A stretch of DNA of 64,000 bases from Longimicrobiales bacterium (GTDB taxonomy: Bacteria > Gemmatimonadota > Gemmatimonadetes > Longimicrobiales > Gaopeijiaceae): assembly GCA_963422615.1 (NCBI GenBank), contig OY730414.1, forward strand, positions 1,054,001-1,118,000, read 5' to 3'. Position numbers and translations under genes: made by a program. The notes under the pieces were generated by a model, which worked only from the letters and a program-made list of their open reading frames with translations, was not told where the DNA came from and searched no databases. This document shows, piece after piece, positions 41,478 to 50,903 of the stretch. The number at the start of each line of letters is the position of its first letter. The first letter of the stretch is position 1.

Positions 41478-42959
41478 ATGACGGTCCGGAGATCCAGGCG
41501 ACGCGGCCCGGCTCTCTGGATCCTCACGCTCGTCCTGCTTGGCGGGCTTCCCGAGGCGGATGCTCAGGCCCGGGTCGGGGCCCACACAGAGGCAAAGTCC
41601 GCCGGGGTTCGTGGCTTTGTTTCGGCGCAGGACTCGCCGCTGGTCATCGTCAGGGATTGGTCGCCCGGTGCGGCGGTAGTGATGGCCCTGCCCGCTCCCG
41701 CGTCGGGAGATTTCCTGGACGATTTCGTCGCCCGGGTTTCCGACCGCGCCCTTCTCGCGGCGATCCGGGAGCGGACGATCGGGAGGGGGGTAGAGGTGAC
41801 CCTGACCCGAGATGGAGCGGCCCGGTACTTTGCGGCGACGAGCCTGTCCGAGGATGCGGAGGGGATGTTTCGCGATGTGGATGGCGTCTTCCGAGACCTC
41901 CTGCCCTCCCGGCACGTCATGGCGGCGGCGGGCGCGGTCCGTCGAGATCTGGAGTTTCGGGCGGGCTCCCCGAAGATGCGGTTTGAAGCGATCTTCCAGG
42001 CCCTTCTGCACGGAAGGGATCCCCCTGAAGAAGCGTCCTTGCCGGCTGCTTGGGCAGATGTAAACGCCACCGCCGCCCGGATCCTGGCGAAGGCGCCCGC
42101 CGCGATGTGGGGACCGCCGGCCAGGGTGGTGGTTCTGGGCGCGCGCGCCTCGTCTTCATCTGTTGGTGGGGATGGGGAGGCCGCCCAAAGGAAGGAGGAC
42201 CCGCAAGGCCCCGGCGTTCGGGCACCGGGTCGTCTGGTTGGCGACCCCGGAAGACGGGCCCGCACTGCCGGGCATATGGCCCCAGGCGGAGCTTCTCCTG
42301 TCGGGTCGGGACCCCCGCCAACCCTGCCGGGCGCCCCTCCCTGGTTGGGGAGATCTCCCGTCCCCCGGGGAGGCGTCGTGGGGCAAACGGGGGTTTTGGG
42401 TGGGTTGTTCGGGTCGCCCGTCTTCCAGGAACCCGTTCGAACCGAAATCGTCAGGGAGGTCGTTTCCGCTTGGGTCGGTTTGGCCTACCAGCTCCCGCCC
42501 CGCACGACCCTCTTCCAGGCGCACTTCCTTCGACTGGTTCTGGAGGGGTATCTGGAGCTCCATAAGGACCCGTTCCTGTACGAACTTGCTTCGGAAATCG
42601 ACGCTGGGGGGCGGCTTGTCTTTCGCTTTTCCGTTGCGACAGAAGAGATCGCCGCCTGGGAATCTCGTCTGGAAGAAGGGATTTCCGCCCTTCGAATCCC
42701 GGAGGAATCCCCGTCGGTAGGACAGCTCTTTCGGCGGGCTCGGAGTTTGTGGAGCCAGAGGCTTTCGACCCCTGCGGGGACGGGTGCAACTGCCGCCCAG
42801 GTGCTGCTCCGGGGAGGCTCCGGGGCCGATGCCACCGCGGTTGTCCGAAGCCTTGCGGAGCTGCCGGCCTTTTCGGAAGTCGAAGCGATTGCCCGGGAGA
42901 TCCGTCTGGCCGTCCGGGTTGTCTACGGAGCCCCCCCGACTCCGGATGCACGGCCTTGA
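41478..42959 (+). CDS. Secreted hypothetical protein, possibly a second degenerate M16-like subunit
   Basis: Signal-peptide-like N-terminus, two Ala/Arg-rich halves separated by a Pro/Gly linker; weak M16-like patterns (PPARVVVLG, FSEVEAIARE). Confidence 0.5.
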   Translation: MTVRRSRRRGPALWILTLVLLGGLPEADAQARVGAHTEAKSAGVRGFVSAQDSPLVIVRDWSPGAAVVMALPAPASGDFLDDFVARVSDRALLAAIRERTIGRGVEVTLTRDGAARYFAATSLSEDAEGMFRDVDGVFRDLLPSRHVMAAAGAVRRDLEFRAGSPKMRFEAIFQALLHGRDPPEEASLPAAWADVNATAARILAKAPAAMWGPPARVVVLGARASSSSVGGDGEAAQRKEDPQGPGVRAPGRLVGDPGRRARTAGHMAPGGASPVGSGPPPTLPGAPPWLGRSPVPRGGVVGQTGVLGGLFGSPVFQEPVRTEIVREVVSAWVGLAYQLPPRTTLFQAHFLRLVLEGYLELHKDPFLYELASEIDAGGRLVFRFSVATEEIAAWESRLEEGISALRIPEESPSVGQLFRRARSLWSQRLSTPAGTGATAAQVLLRGGSGADATAVVRSLAELPAFSEVEAIAREIRLAVRVVYGAPPTPDARP

Positions 42960-43048
42960 AATGGCCCGTATCCGTCCTTATGTTCTTCCGTCGGTATACC
43001 TTGCCCGGAGCTTCTGGAAATCGGCCAGCCACAGGGGAGTGATGCATC

Positions 43049-43819
43049 ATGCGAAGAAACGTGGGTTCGAGTTTGGCAGGACTTCTCGCTTCTCTGTTGC
43101 TTATGTCGGCGTGTGGACCGGTCCCGGTGACCGTCATCGCGGTGGATGGGGAGTCGGACGAGGACGGGACTTCCCTCGGGAACCTCGAGGTGCGCATGTT
43201 GCCGTACGACCGGGATCAGATTTTCGACTCTCTGGAGAACGCGGCTCTTACCCCGGAGCCCCAGGTTCCCCCGGATCTCCTGGCGGCCCGCGAAGAGATT
43301 GCAGAAGCCCAGCGGGAGTGGCGGGAGACCGAGACGCGGTGGAACGCGCTTCGGGACACCCTCGGCAAGCTGAACACCGTGCTGGAGCGCCTGAATCGGG
43401 GCGAAAATCGGTATCGGACCCTCTTCAGAGATTGGACTGCGCTGGACAACCAGCGTGCGCGGGCAGAGCGACAAGTGAGCACCCTGTTTGAGAGGTTCGA
43501 GTCTCTCCAGGCGGCCAGCATTGGCCGGATGGACAGCATGCGTTTCACTCGGGAAGATTGGGCCGACCAGGCATTCGTAGACTTCGACGAGATCGCCCTG
43601 GCCAAGATTGACGCATCTGGATTGGACCCGGTAGCGGATACCACCAATGCCCAGGGAATGGCCGCCTTCAGCGTTCCCCCCGGAGAATACTGGATCAACG
43701 CCCGTAGCATGCGGGTCTTTGACGAGCTCTACTGGAATGTTCCCATTGTTGTCGCTCGGGGGGAGCTCTTGGAGGTCCGCCTGTCCCATGAGAACGCCGA
43801 GGTCAGGCCCATCTTCTGA
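43049..43819 (+). CDS. Hypothetical lipoprotein with long central coiled coil
   Basis: GGGGAG SD, lipobox MSAC, heptad-rich middle, TTNAQGMAAFSVPPGEYWI beta motif. Confidence 0.8.
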   Translation: MRRNVGSSLAGLLASLLLMSACGPVPVTVIAVDGESDEDGTSLGNLEVRMLPYDRDQIFDSLENAALTPEPQVPPDLLAAREEIAEAQREWRETETRWNALRDTLGKLNTVLERLNRGENRYRTLFRDWTALDNQRARAERQVSTLFERFESLQAASIGRMDSMRFTREDWADQAFVDFDEIALAKIDASGLDPVADTTNAQGMAAFSVPPGEYWINARSMRVFDELYWNVPIVVARGELLEVRLSHENAEVRPIF

Positions 43820-43901
43820 TCCTGTCCCTGCGTCTCCCCGGCGGGTGGAGGACGTGCCGGTTCGTCCCCGGGGCGCCTTGGGGAGGGACTAGGCACACCC
43901 G

Positions 43902-46067
43902 GTGAACCCGCGTCTGCAGATCGGGGAGGACGGCGTGGGGAGCCTCGTCTTCAACGATCCGGCCCGGGTCCAGAACATCCTGACCGACGCGGTTCTGGAC
44001 CGCCTGGAGGGCCTGGTTGCCGAAGCGGAGAAGTCCGCAGAGACCGGTGCCCTTCGAGCCTTGGTCCTGCGGTCGGACAAACCTGGGTCCTTCGTTGCCG
44101 GCGCGGACATGGCCGCAATCGCCCGGGTTGCAGCCGACGGTGATTCGGAGGCCGGCCGGAAGGCGGCCCGGCGGGGGCAATCCATCTTTGGTCGGATTGC
44201 CGCTCTCCCCGTCCCCACCGTGGCGGCGGTCCGGGGCGTCTGCCTGGGCGGCGGGGCCGAAATCGCGCTTGCTTGCGACTACAGAGTGGCTTCCAAGGGT
44301 ACGGAAACCCGCATCGGCTTCCCGGAAGTGCAGTTGGGCATTCTGCCCGGTTGGGGAGGAACCACCCGTCTCCCCCGCTTGATCGGGTTGCGCGCGGCTC
44401 TGTCCCTGTTGCTGACGGGAAGGCCCGTTCGCGTTTCGAAGGCCGAGAACATCGGCCTTGTGGATCGGGTCTTCCCCGAGGAGCAGTTTGAGGAACGGAG
44501 CCTCGATTTTGCCCGCGGACTGATTCCGGCCCCGCCTGGGCTTCCGGGGTCTCGCAAGAGGAAGCGGGGTCCGGTGGCTTGGTTCCTGGACGGCACGCCC
44601 CCCGGTCGCGCCCTGGTGTTCCGGATGGCCCGCAACCGCTTGCACAAGGGGACGGGCGGGCATTACCCGGCTCCATTCAAGATCTTGGACGTGGTCCGTG
44701 CGGGGCTGGGGCGCCCCCTGACGGTGGCCCTGGAGCTCGAGGCGAAGGCCGTAGGGATGCTGCTGGTTTCGCCGGTGTGCAGGAACCTTCTCTTCCTGTT
44801 TCGGCTTCGAGAGAGCGCGCGGAAGGGACCGTGGACGAAGGAGGGCCGGCCCGCGAGGGTGAACCGAATGGCCGTGGTCGGGGCCGGAGTCATGGGGGGC
44901 GGAATCGCTCAGGCGGCGGCCTACCGGGACATTCCCGTGCGAATGAAGGACCTTCGCCACGAAGCGGTGTCGGCGGGCTTGGCCTTTGCCCGTTCCATCT
45001 TTGATGGCGCGGTCAAGCGAGGGCAGCTCCGGCGTCTAGACGCGAAGCGGAAAATGGCGCTGATCTCCGGCGGGTTGGATGACGCGGGGATTCGCCACGC
45101 TGACCTGGTGGTGGAGGCGGTCGTCGAGAGAATGGCCGTGAAGAAGGCGGTGTTGCGGGAAGTGGAGGCCGTTGCGAACCCGGTGGCGGTGTTGGCCACC
45201 AACACCTCTTCCCTTTCGGTCGACGATATGGCGTCGGTTTTGAACAATCCGGGGAGGTTCGCAGGCATGCACTTCTTCAACCCGGTCCACCGCATGCCCC
45301 TCGTAGAGGTCGTCAGGGGGAAGGAGACGGATCCGGCTACCGTGGAGAGCATCGCTGCCCTGGCGGTCCGACTGGGCAAGGTTCCCGTCGTCACTCGGGA
45401 CCGACCGGGGTTCTTGGTGAACCGAATCCTGGGATCCTGCTTGAACGAAGCCGGGCACATGCTGGACGAAGGAGTGGACGCCCCTACGACAGAGGAGATC
45501 TGGACCCGATTCGGCATGCCCATGGGACCCTACCGGCTCATGGACGAGGTGGGAATCGATGTGGTTTGCCACGCGGGCCGCATCCTGGGCGAGGCCCTGG
45601 GAGACCGGATGGCCCCTGCGGCCGCGCTGGTCGCTCTTGGAGAGTCGGGACGACTGGGACGGAAAGGGGGCAGGGGATTCTATCGGTACGAAGCCGGCAG
45701 GCGGAAGGGCTTCGACCGCACGGTCTACAGCGACATGGGTTTGCGCCCTTCCCGCTCCTCGCCTGGCCCGGATGCCATCCGCGACAGGCTCGTCCTCGCA
45801 ATGATCAACGAGGCGGGGAGGGTCTTGGAAGAAGGGGTTGTGCGTTCGGCCGGAGCGGTGGACTTGGGGCTGGTCCTAGGCACCGGATTTCCCCCCTTTC
45901 GCGGCGGGCTTCTCAAGTACGCGGACGACCGGGGCATTGCCCAGGTGCTGAACGGGTTGAAGTCGTTGCGCGATCGTCTCGGAGCCCGATATGAACCCTG
46001 CCGCCTGGTCGCGGAACTTGGAGAGACCGGAGGGACGTTTCACGGCGCCTTTCCCCAACCGGGATGA
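43902..46067 (+). CDS. fadJ: Fatty acid oxidation complex alpha subunit (enoyl-CoA hydratase/3-hydroxyacyl-CoA dehydrogenase)
   Basis: FVAGAD, CLGGGAE, PEVQLGILPGWGGT, GAGVMGGGIA, ATNTSSL, GMHFFNP, GTGFPPFRGG. Confidence 0.93.
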   Translation: MNPRLQIGEDGVGSLVFNDPARVQNILTDAVLDRLEGLVAEAEKSAETGALRALVLRSDKPGSFVAGADMAAIARVAADGDSEAGRKAARRGQSIFGRIAALPVPTVAAVRGVCLGGGAEIALACDYRVASKGTETRIGFPEVQLGILPGWGGTTRLPRLIGLRAALSLLLTGRPVRVSKAENIGLVDRVFPEEQFEERSLDFARGLIPAPPGLPGSRKRKRGPVAWFLDGTPPGRALVFRMARNRLHKGTGGHYPAPFKILDVVRAGLGRPLTVALELEAKAVGMLLVSPVCRNLLFLFRLRESARKGPWTKEGRPARVNRMAVVGAGVMGGGIAQAAAYRDIPVRMKDLRHEAVSAGLAFARSIFDGAVKRGQLRRLDAKRKMALISGGLDDAGIRHADLVVEAVVERMAVKKAVLREVEAVANPVAVLATNTSSLSVDDMASVLNNPGRFAGMHFFNPVHRMPLVEVVRGKETDPATVESIAALAVRLGKVPVVTRDRPGFLVNRILGSCLNEAGHMLDEGVDAPTTEEIWTRFGMPMGPYRLMDEVGIDVVCHAGRILGEALGDRMAPAAALVALGESGRLGRKGGRGFYRYEAGRRKGFDRTVYSDMGLRPSRSSPGPDAIRDRLVLAMINEAGRVLEEGVVRSAGAVDLGLVLGTGFPPFRGGLLKYADDRGIAQVLNGLKSLRDRLGARYEPCRLVAELGETGGTFHGAFPQPG

Positions 46068-46092
46068 GGGATGCGATCGCGGGAGGCGTATT

Positions 46093-46749
46093 GTGAGCGC
46101 CACCGACTTCGCCGAGGATCGTTGGCCCCCGAGGAGAAGATCGGTGGCCGGGGTGGTCTTGGCCGCGGGAAAATCCGCCCGGATGGGGAGTCCGAAGGCC
46201 CTCTTGGATGCCGGAGGGATGACCTTCGCCGCCCGGCTGGTGAATACGTTGGGCCGGGGCGGCTGTGCACCCCTTGTGGTCGTGGTGGCGTCGGGGGTCG
46301 GGGAGCTGGCGGCAGAAGTCCGGCGGAGCCCGGCCGACCTTGTCGTGAATCCCGGCGGCCAAGGCGGCCAGATAGGGTCGCTCTGCGTCGCCCTGGAGGC
46401 GCTTCGGAGCCTGGAACTTCCTCCCGCCGCCGTGCTCTTCACCCCCGTAGACAACCCCCTTGCGGCTCCGTCGACGGTGCGGGCCCTGATTCGGAAGTGG
46501 CGCCGTTCGGACGCCCTCGTTGTGATCCCGAAGTACGGAAGTCGGCGGGGTCATCCCGTCCTGGCCGACATGAGGATTGCCCAGGAGTTCCTTGAGGAAA
46601 GGTTGGCGGGGAGTGCCCGGGTGGTGATCCGGCGCGATCCGGGTCGGGTGGCAGAGGTGGAGGTGGACGACCCGGGCACGGTGGACGACCTGGACACCCG
46701 AGATCGGTACCTTAGGCGCTTTCCGCGTGTACGAGCCGAAACCGGATGA
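46093..46749 (+). CDS. MobA-like nucleotidyltransferase (Moco cytidylyltransferase MocA-like)
   Basis: VLAAGKSARMGSPKALL, TPVDNP, RRGHPV, DDLDT; adjacent to xdhC. Confidence 0.85.
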   Translation: MSATDFAEDRWPPRRRSVAGVVLAAGKSARMGSPKALLDAGGMTFAARLVNTLGRGGCAPLVVVVASGVGELAAEVRRSPADLVVNPGGQGGQIGSLCVALEALRSLELPPAAVLFTPVDNPLAAPSTVRALIRKWRRSDALVVIPKYGSRRGHPVLADMRIAQEFLEERLAGSARVVIRRDPGRVAEVEVDDPGTVDDLDTRDRYLRRFPRVRAETG

Positions 46750-47597
46750 CGGCCAGCCCTTCTCCCGCCCAGGTTGCGGCCGCGGTGCTGGCGGCGGTCG
46801 AATCGGGTCAACGCATCTACACGGCGGTGGTCACGGACTGTCTGGACGGGACCCTGGTCGGCCGCCGCTGGTGGGGCTCGGGTGGGGGGACGGAGGGCTC
46901 CCTGGGAAGTGCGTCCCTGGACGAGGCCGTGACGGGTGTGCTTCCCTCCCTGTTCCCCCCCCGGGCGTCGTCGGGGGCGAGGAGTTGCGAACTCAGGTAC
47001 AGAAACCGGAAAAGCAACGTGGCAAGCGCTACGGTCTATGTTGAGCTTCACGCTCCCCCGGCCCGGATGGTGATCGTGGGGGCGGGGCACGTGGCCATCC
47101 CCCTGAGCCGCCTCGGGGTCATGCTGGGCCTGCAGGTGGAAGTGCTGGACGACCGGCCTGAATTCGCGTCCCGAAGCAGATTCCCCGAGGTGAGCGCCGT
47201 GCGGGTGATCGACTTCCGCGCTCCCTTCGCCGGCACGCCCCTCGGTTCTGCCGATCACGTCATCCTGGTGACCCGAGGGCACCGCTTCGACTACGAATGC
47301 CTGATCCGCCTCCTGCGCATGGACCGGCCGCCCAGTTACATCGGCATGATCGGAAGTCGTCGGCGAGTTCGGGCCACGCACGAGCAGCTGGCCCGGGAAG
47401 GGTTTACGCCGGCAGAGATGGGCCGGGTCCGGGCCCCCGTCGGGCTCGACTTGGGAGGCCAGACGCCGGCGGAAATCGCGATTTCAGTAGCCGCCGAGAT
47501 CGTCATGTTCCACGGTGGGGGCACGGGGGTGTCTCTGTCCCGCAAGGAGCGGGTCGTGGAACGTTTTTTTGGGGGAGCTTCCAAACGCAGCCGTTGA
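46746..47597 (+). CDS. XdhC family accessory protein (Rossmann domain)
   Basis: IVGAGHVA, DDRPEFA, TRGHRFD, YIGMIGSRRR, APVGLDLGGQTPAEIAISVAAEI. Confidence 0.92.
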   Translation: MTASPSPAQVAAAVLAAVESGQRIYTAVVTDCLDGTLVGRRWWGSGGGTEGSLGSASLDEAVTGVLPSLFPPRASSGARSCELRYRNRKSNVASATVYVELHAPPARMVIVGAGHVAIPLSRLGVMLGLQVEVLDDRPEFASRSRFPEVSAVRVIDFRAPFAGTPLGSADHVILVTRGHRFDYECLIRLLRMDRPPSYIGMIGSRRRVRATHEQLAREGFTPAEMGRVRAPVGLDLGGQTPAEIAISVAAEIVMFHGGGTGVSLSRKERVVERFFGGASKRSR

Positions 47598-47822
47598 CCG
47601 TCTTCGGATGTAAGTCGGCATCAGACACTTCAATCCTGGAACGCAATTCGGAGAAGCGCAGACCCTCCGGATGCGCTTCCGACGCAGGGGACCGGCCATT
47701 CCTGGACCGGATGGGAACGTGGAGACCGGGAATCGAGCAGTTCGAACGCTTTTGCGTATATACGTCCTGCAATTGTAGGATGACGCAAATAAGGTTTGCG
47801 TTTAGCGATAAGAGGAAATGGA

Positions 47823-48152
47823 GTGGATGAGAAAGATCTGCTACCCCTGATGGCATCTCTGACGGAACCCGCCGTTCTGGCCACGGTGGTGTCCACACGA
47901 GGGTCCACGCCCCGGAAGACGGGAGCCAGAATGCTGATCGGAAGGAGTGGGGTGATTGCCGGAACCATCGGTGGCGGTTGCGGGGAAGGGGAGGTGATCG
48001 AAGCCGCCCGGAAGCTCTTCGAAGGCGGACCGCCCGCGACTGTGCGGGTTGATCTGACCGACGAACTGACGTCCTGGAGCCCCGCGGTTTGCGGAGGGAT
48101 CATGAATGTCTTTATCGAGCGGGCCAACCCGGATCGGTTCGGAGCGGAGTAA
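47823..48152 (+). CDS. Stand-alone XdhC/CoxI N-terminal domain protein
   Basis: LATVVSTRGSTPRKTGARM, GTIGGGCGE, AVCGG.MNVFIE. Confidence 0.88.
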   Translation: MDEKDLLPLMASLTEPAVLATVVSTRGSTPRKTGARMLIGRSGVIAGTIGGGCGEGEVIEAARKLFEGGPPATVRVDLTDELTSWSPAVCGGIMNVFIERANPDRFGAE

Positions 48153-48172
48153 GGATCCCGGGGATGTCCGGA

Positions 48173-48400
48173 TCAGCCCGGGTTGTCATCCTCCTCTTCA
48201 CCTTCCTCCACGATTTGGGCGGAGCACAGCCGGGCTGCGTCAATGTAGCACTCCCTGGCGACGGCCCGGTCTTCTCGAACAAAGTCGATAAGGCGCTCGT
48301 GTTCGTCCAGCCCCTGGATCGGCAGAGAGATGACTTCAACGTGATAGCCGCCCCTTCCGGCGTAAAGCACTCGAATGCGGACCCGCTCGTGGCTGGTCAT
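48173..48400 (-). CDS. Small acidic hypothetical protein
   Basis: MTSHERVRIRVLYAG...ERLIDFVRED...CSAQIVEE; co-oriented with the dsbA-vkor genes. Confidence 0.55.
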   Translation of the reverse strand: MTSHERVRIRVLYAGRGGYHVEVISLPIQGLDEHERLIDFVREDRAVARECYIDAARLCSAQIVEEGEEEDDNPG

Positions 48401-48461
48401 GGGATTCCGGGGCACCGCGCAGGCGTCGCCGTCAACAAGCCGGTGCGGCTAAAGTTGCTGT

Positions 48462-48947
48462 TCACGGGCTCTCGCTTCGGCGAATCCGTTTCGCTTCGGG
48501 AATCGTCGCTACGAAGATGATGGTGATGACCATGGCCGACGCCACACAATAGCGGCACCAAGCCCGGATGACCGCCGCCTCCAGGTAGGTGAGGTAGGCA
48601 CTGAACAAGACGCCCCAGAGGGCTCCCCCGAAGAGGAGGGCGGCGACCGTGCGGGAGGTCGCGAATCGCGCCTGAAGCCCGACAACGGACAGCGCGAACA
48701 GGGTCAAGTACCCGGCAAGGCCGACCACGGAGACCGGTACCGGGCCCAACCACGCATAGCGGGATGCCTGAACCGTTCCGCAGTCCCCCGTCCCGCATTG
48801 AACCGGATTGACCGCCCAGCCCAGGTTGTGGGCCGCCAAGTAGAAAGCCAAAAAGGCTCCCGCCAGGGAAAGAACGGCCACGTACATGCGATTTGTTGGG
48901 AGGCGCGGGAACGACCCGCCTGCTGCTAAGGAAGGCGGAGCGGTCAA
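48462..48947 (-). CDS. Vitamin K epoxide reductase (VKOR) family protein
   Basis: Loop cysteines CGTGDC.TV..S, active-site WCRYC, 4 TM segments. Confidence 0.92.
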   Translation of the reverse strand: MTAPPSLAAGGSFPRLPTNRMYVAVLSLAGAFLAFYLAAHNLGWAVNPVQCGTGDCGTVQASRYAWLGPVPVSVVGLAGYLTLFALSVVGLQARFATSRTVAALLFGGALWGVLFSAYLTYLEAAVIRAWCRYCVASAMVITIIFVATIPEAKRIRRSESP

Positions 48948-49657
48948 TTTCCGGCGCCGGCCTCCATGGCCTGTTGAATGTCGATGAACTGGAACCCCCC
49001 GAGACGGCGGGCCGCCTGGCTCTGCTGTCCGTGGTGGACGAAGATCGTCGGAGTTCCGCCCACCCCCAGCCTCTCACCCAGCAACACGTTCGCGGTGACG
49101 ACGTCCGCGTGCCGGTCGCTCTCAAGGCACTCCCGGAACGCTTCCGTGTCCAGTCCCACGTCGCCCGCCAGCTCGTTGAAGTGGTTGGTGGCGTTCTGGA
49201 GGGGAGACCACGCTTCCTGAGTCCGGAACAGGGCGTCGTGGTAGTCGGAGTATCGGTCCTGTTCATTCGCGCATCTTGCGGCTCGGGCCGCGACAAAGGC
49301 GTGGGGGTGGATGGACAGGGGAAAGTCGTGGTACACCAGCTTGGCCTGTCCCGTCTCAATGTATGCCAAGTCCAGCTGGGGCTTCGTCAACAGGGCGAAG
49401 GAACGGCAGGCAGGACACTGGTAGTCGCCGAATTCCATGATCGTGACCGGTGCGTCCGGGTCGCCGAAGATGATTCCTTGGGCCAATTCCACCAGTTCCC
49501 GGTCTTGAATGTTCCCCAGGTCAACGGGCTCACTCGCTCCACTGCTCCCCCGCCGCAGGGAGGACCCCACCACCACCGCGCCAACCACGGCCACCAGGCC
49601 GATAATGACGTAGAACTTGTTCAGGCCGGACGATCGTCTCGCGTTGTCTCTGACCAC
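48944..49657 (-). CDS. DsbA family thiol-disulfide oxidoreductase, membrane-anchored
   Basis: GDPDAPVTIMEFGDYQCPAC, DFPL, GVGGTPT. Confidence 0.93.
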   Translation of the reverse strand: MVRDNARRSSGLNKFYVIIGLVAVVGAVVVGSSLRRGSSGASEPVDLGNIQDRELVELAQGIIFGDPDAPVTIMEFGDYQCPACRSFALLTKPQLDLAYIETGQAKLVYHDFPLSIHPHAFVAARAARCANEQDRYSDYHDALFRTQEAWSPLQNATNHFNELAGDVGLDTEAFRECLESDRHADVVTANVLLGERLGVGGTPTIFVHHGQQSQAARRLGGFQFIDIQQAMEAGAGN

Positions 49658-49858
49658 GATTCATCCTCATTGTTTGTGGGTTTGCGCATTCCGGCGACGG
49701 CGCCGGGTCATGTCCCCCGCTCTTGTTGGCGCGGAACCTTTTCAAGTATGGGGTGGTGACGGCCCCGGCATCAAGGAAACGGCAGGCGGAAACCGCCGAC
49801 CTCAGGCTTCCCCGGCTCGGGGTTCCGTCAATGTGGAAGGAAAGCGGCCCGCGCGCGG

Positions 49859-50851
49859 CTACGACGTGGGCGTCTCCCGTGAGGACAACACCTCTCCGAC
49901 CAGGGATGCGTCCAGGTTCCCCCCGGACAGCACGGCGCAGACCTTACGCCCGGATGTCGGGACGACGCCGGAAAGCAGGGCCGCGGTGGGGGCCGCGCCC
50001 GAGTACTCCACAACGAGCTTGCGGTGCTCCAGAAGGTAAGCGGCCGCGCGGCGGATGTCGGCGTCCTCGACAAGGACGACATCGTCCAGGAACGCAGCAG
50101 CGTGGGCATAGGTAAGGTTGCCGGCCCGGGTGGGCGCCAAGCCGTCGGCGATGGTGTCGATTTTCTCCAGCGTGACGGGTCCCCCCGCGTCCAGGGCCCG
50201 GCGCATAGTGGCCGCCCCCCGGGGCTCCACGCCGATGATTTTGGCCCCAGGTTTCAGTCGCCGAACCGCGGCCCCCCACCCCGCCGCCTGTCCCCCACCC
50301 CCGATCGGAACCACAAAGGTGTCGGCTTCCGGCCAGTCCTCCAGGGCTTCCAGAGCCATCGTGCCCTGTCCCGCGATGATCCAGGGGTGATCAAAGGGGG
50401 GAACCATGACCCGCCCTTCCGCCTGGGCCAGTTCTTCAGCGACAGCCCGCCGGTGCTCCGACGTCGTTCCGGCAAGCTCCACCCGAGCTCCCAACCGCCG
50501 GGCACCGTGGATCTTGACGTCGGGAGCGGTGACGGGCATGACCACGACGGCCCGAGCGTCGTGGAGCCCGGCGGCGAAGGCGACGGCCTGGGCATGGTTC
50601 CCGGAGGAATAGGTGACGACCCCTCCCGCCAGCTCCTCGGGGGAGAGCTGGCCGATGAAGTTGCTGGCCCCGCGGGCCTTGAAGGAGCCGGCCCTCTGAA
50701 GGGACTCGCACTTCAGGCGGATCTCACCCCTGGCCCTCCTGGACAGGTAGGGATCCGGGAGGAGGGGAGTGCGGACGACGATGCCGCGGATCCGATCCGC
50801 TGCGTCTCTTACATCGCGCAGGGACACGAGGCCCCGATTTTCCGGCTTCAT
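49859..50851 (-). CDS. PLP-dependent serine/threonine dehydratase (serine racemase-like)
   Basis: RTPL, LKCESLQRAGSFKARGA, SSGNHAQ, PFDHP..IAGQGT, PIGGGG, LSGGN. Confidence 0.92.
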   Translation of the reverse strand: MKPENRGLVSLRDVRDAADRIRGIVVRTPLLPDPYLSRRARGEIRLKCESLQRAGSFKARGASNFIGQLSPEELAGGVVTYSSGNHAQAVAFAAGLHDARAVVVMPVTAPDVKIHGARRLGARVELAGTTSEHRRAVAEELAQAEGRVMVPPFDHPWIIAGQGTMALEALEDWPEADTFVVPIGGGGQAAGWGAAVRRLKPGAKIIGVEPRGAATMRRALDAGGPVTLEKIDTIADGLAPTRAGNLTYAHAAAFLDDVVLVEDADIRRAAAYLLEHRKLVVEYSGAAPTAALLSGVVPTSGRKVCAVLSGGNLDASLVGEVLSSRETPTS

Positions 50852-50903
50852 TCGCGGCTGTCGATCCAGGAAGAAGCCTCCCCCGGGGCGGCCCTGCCAC
50901 TCG

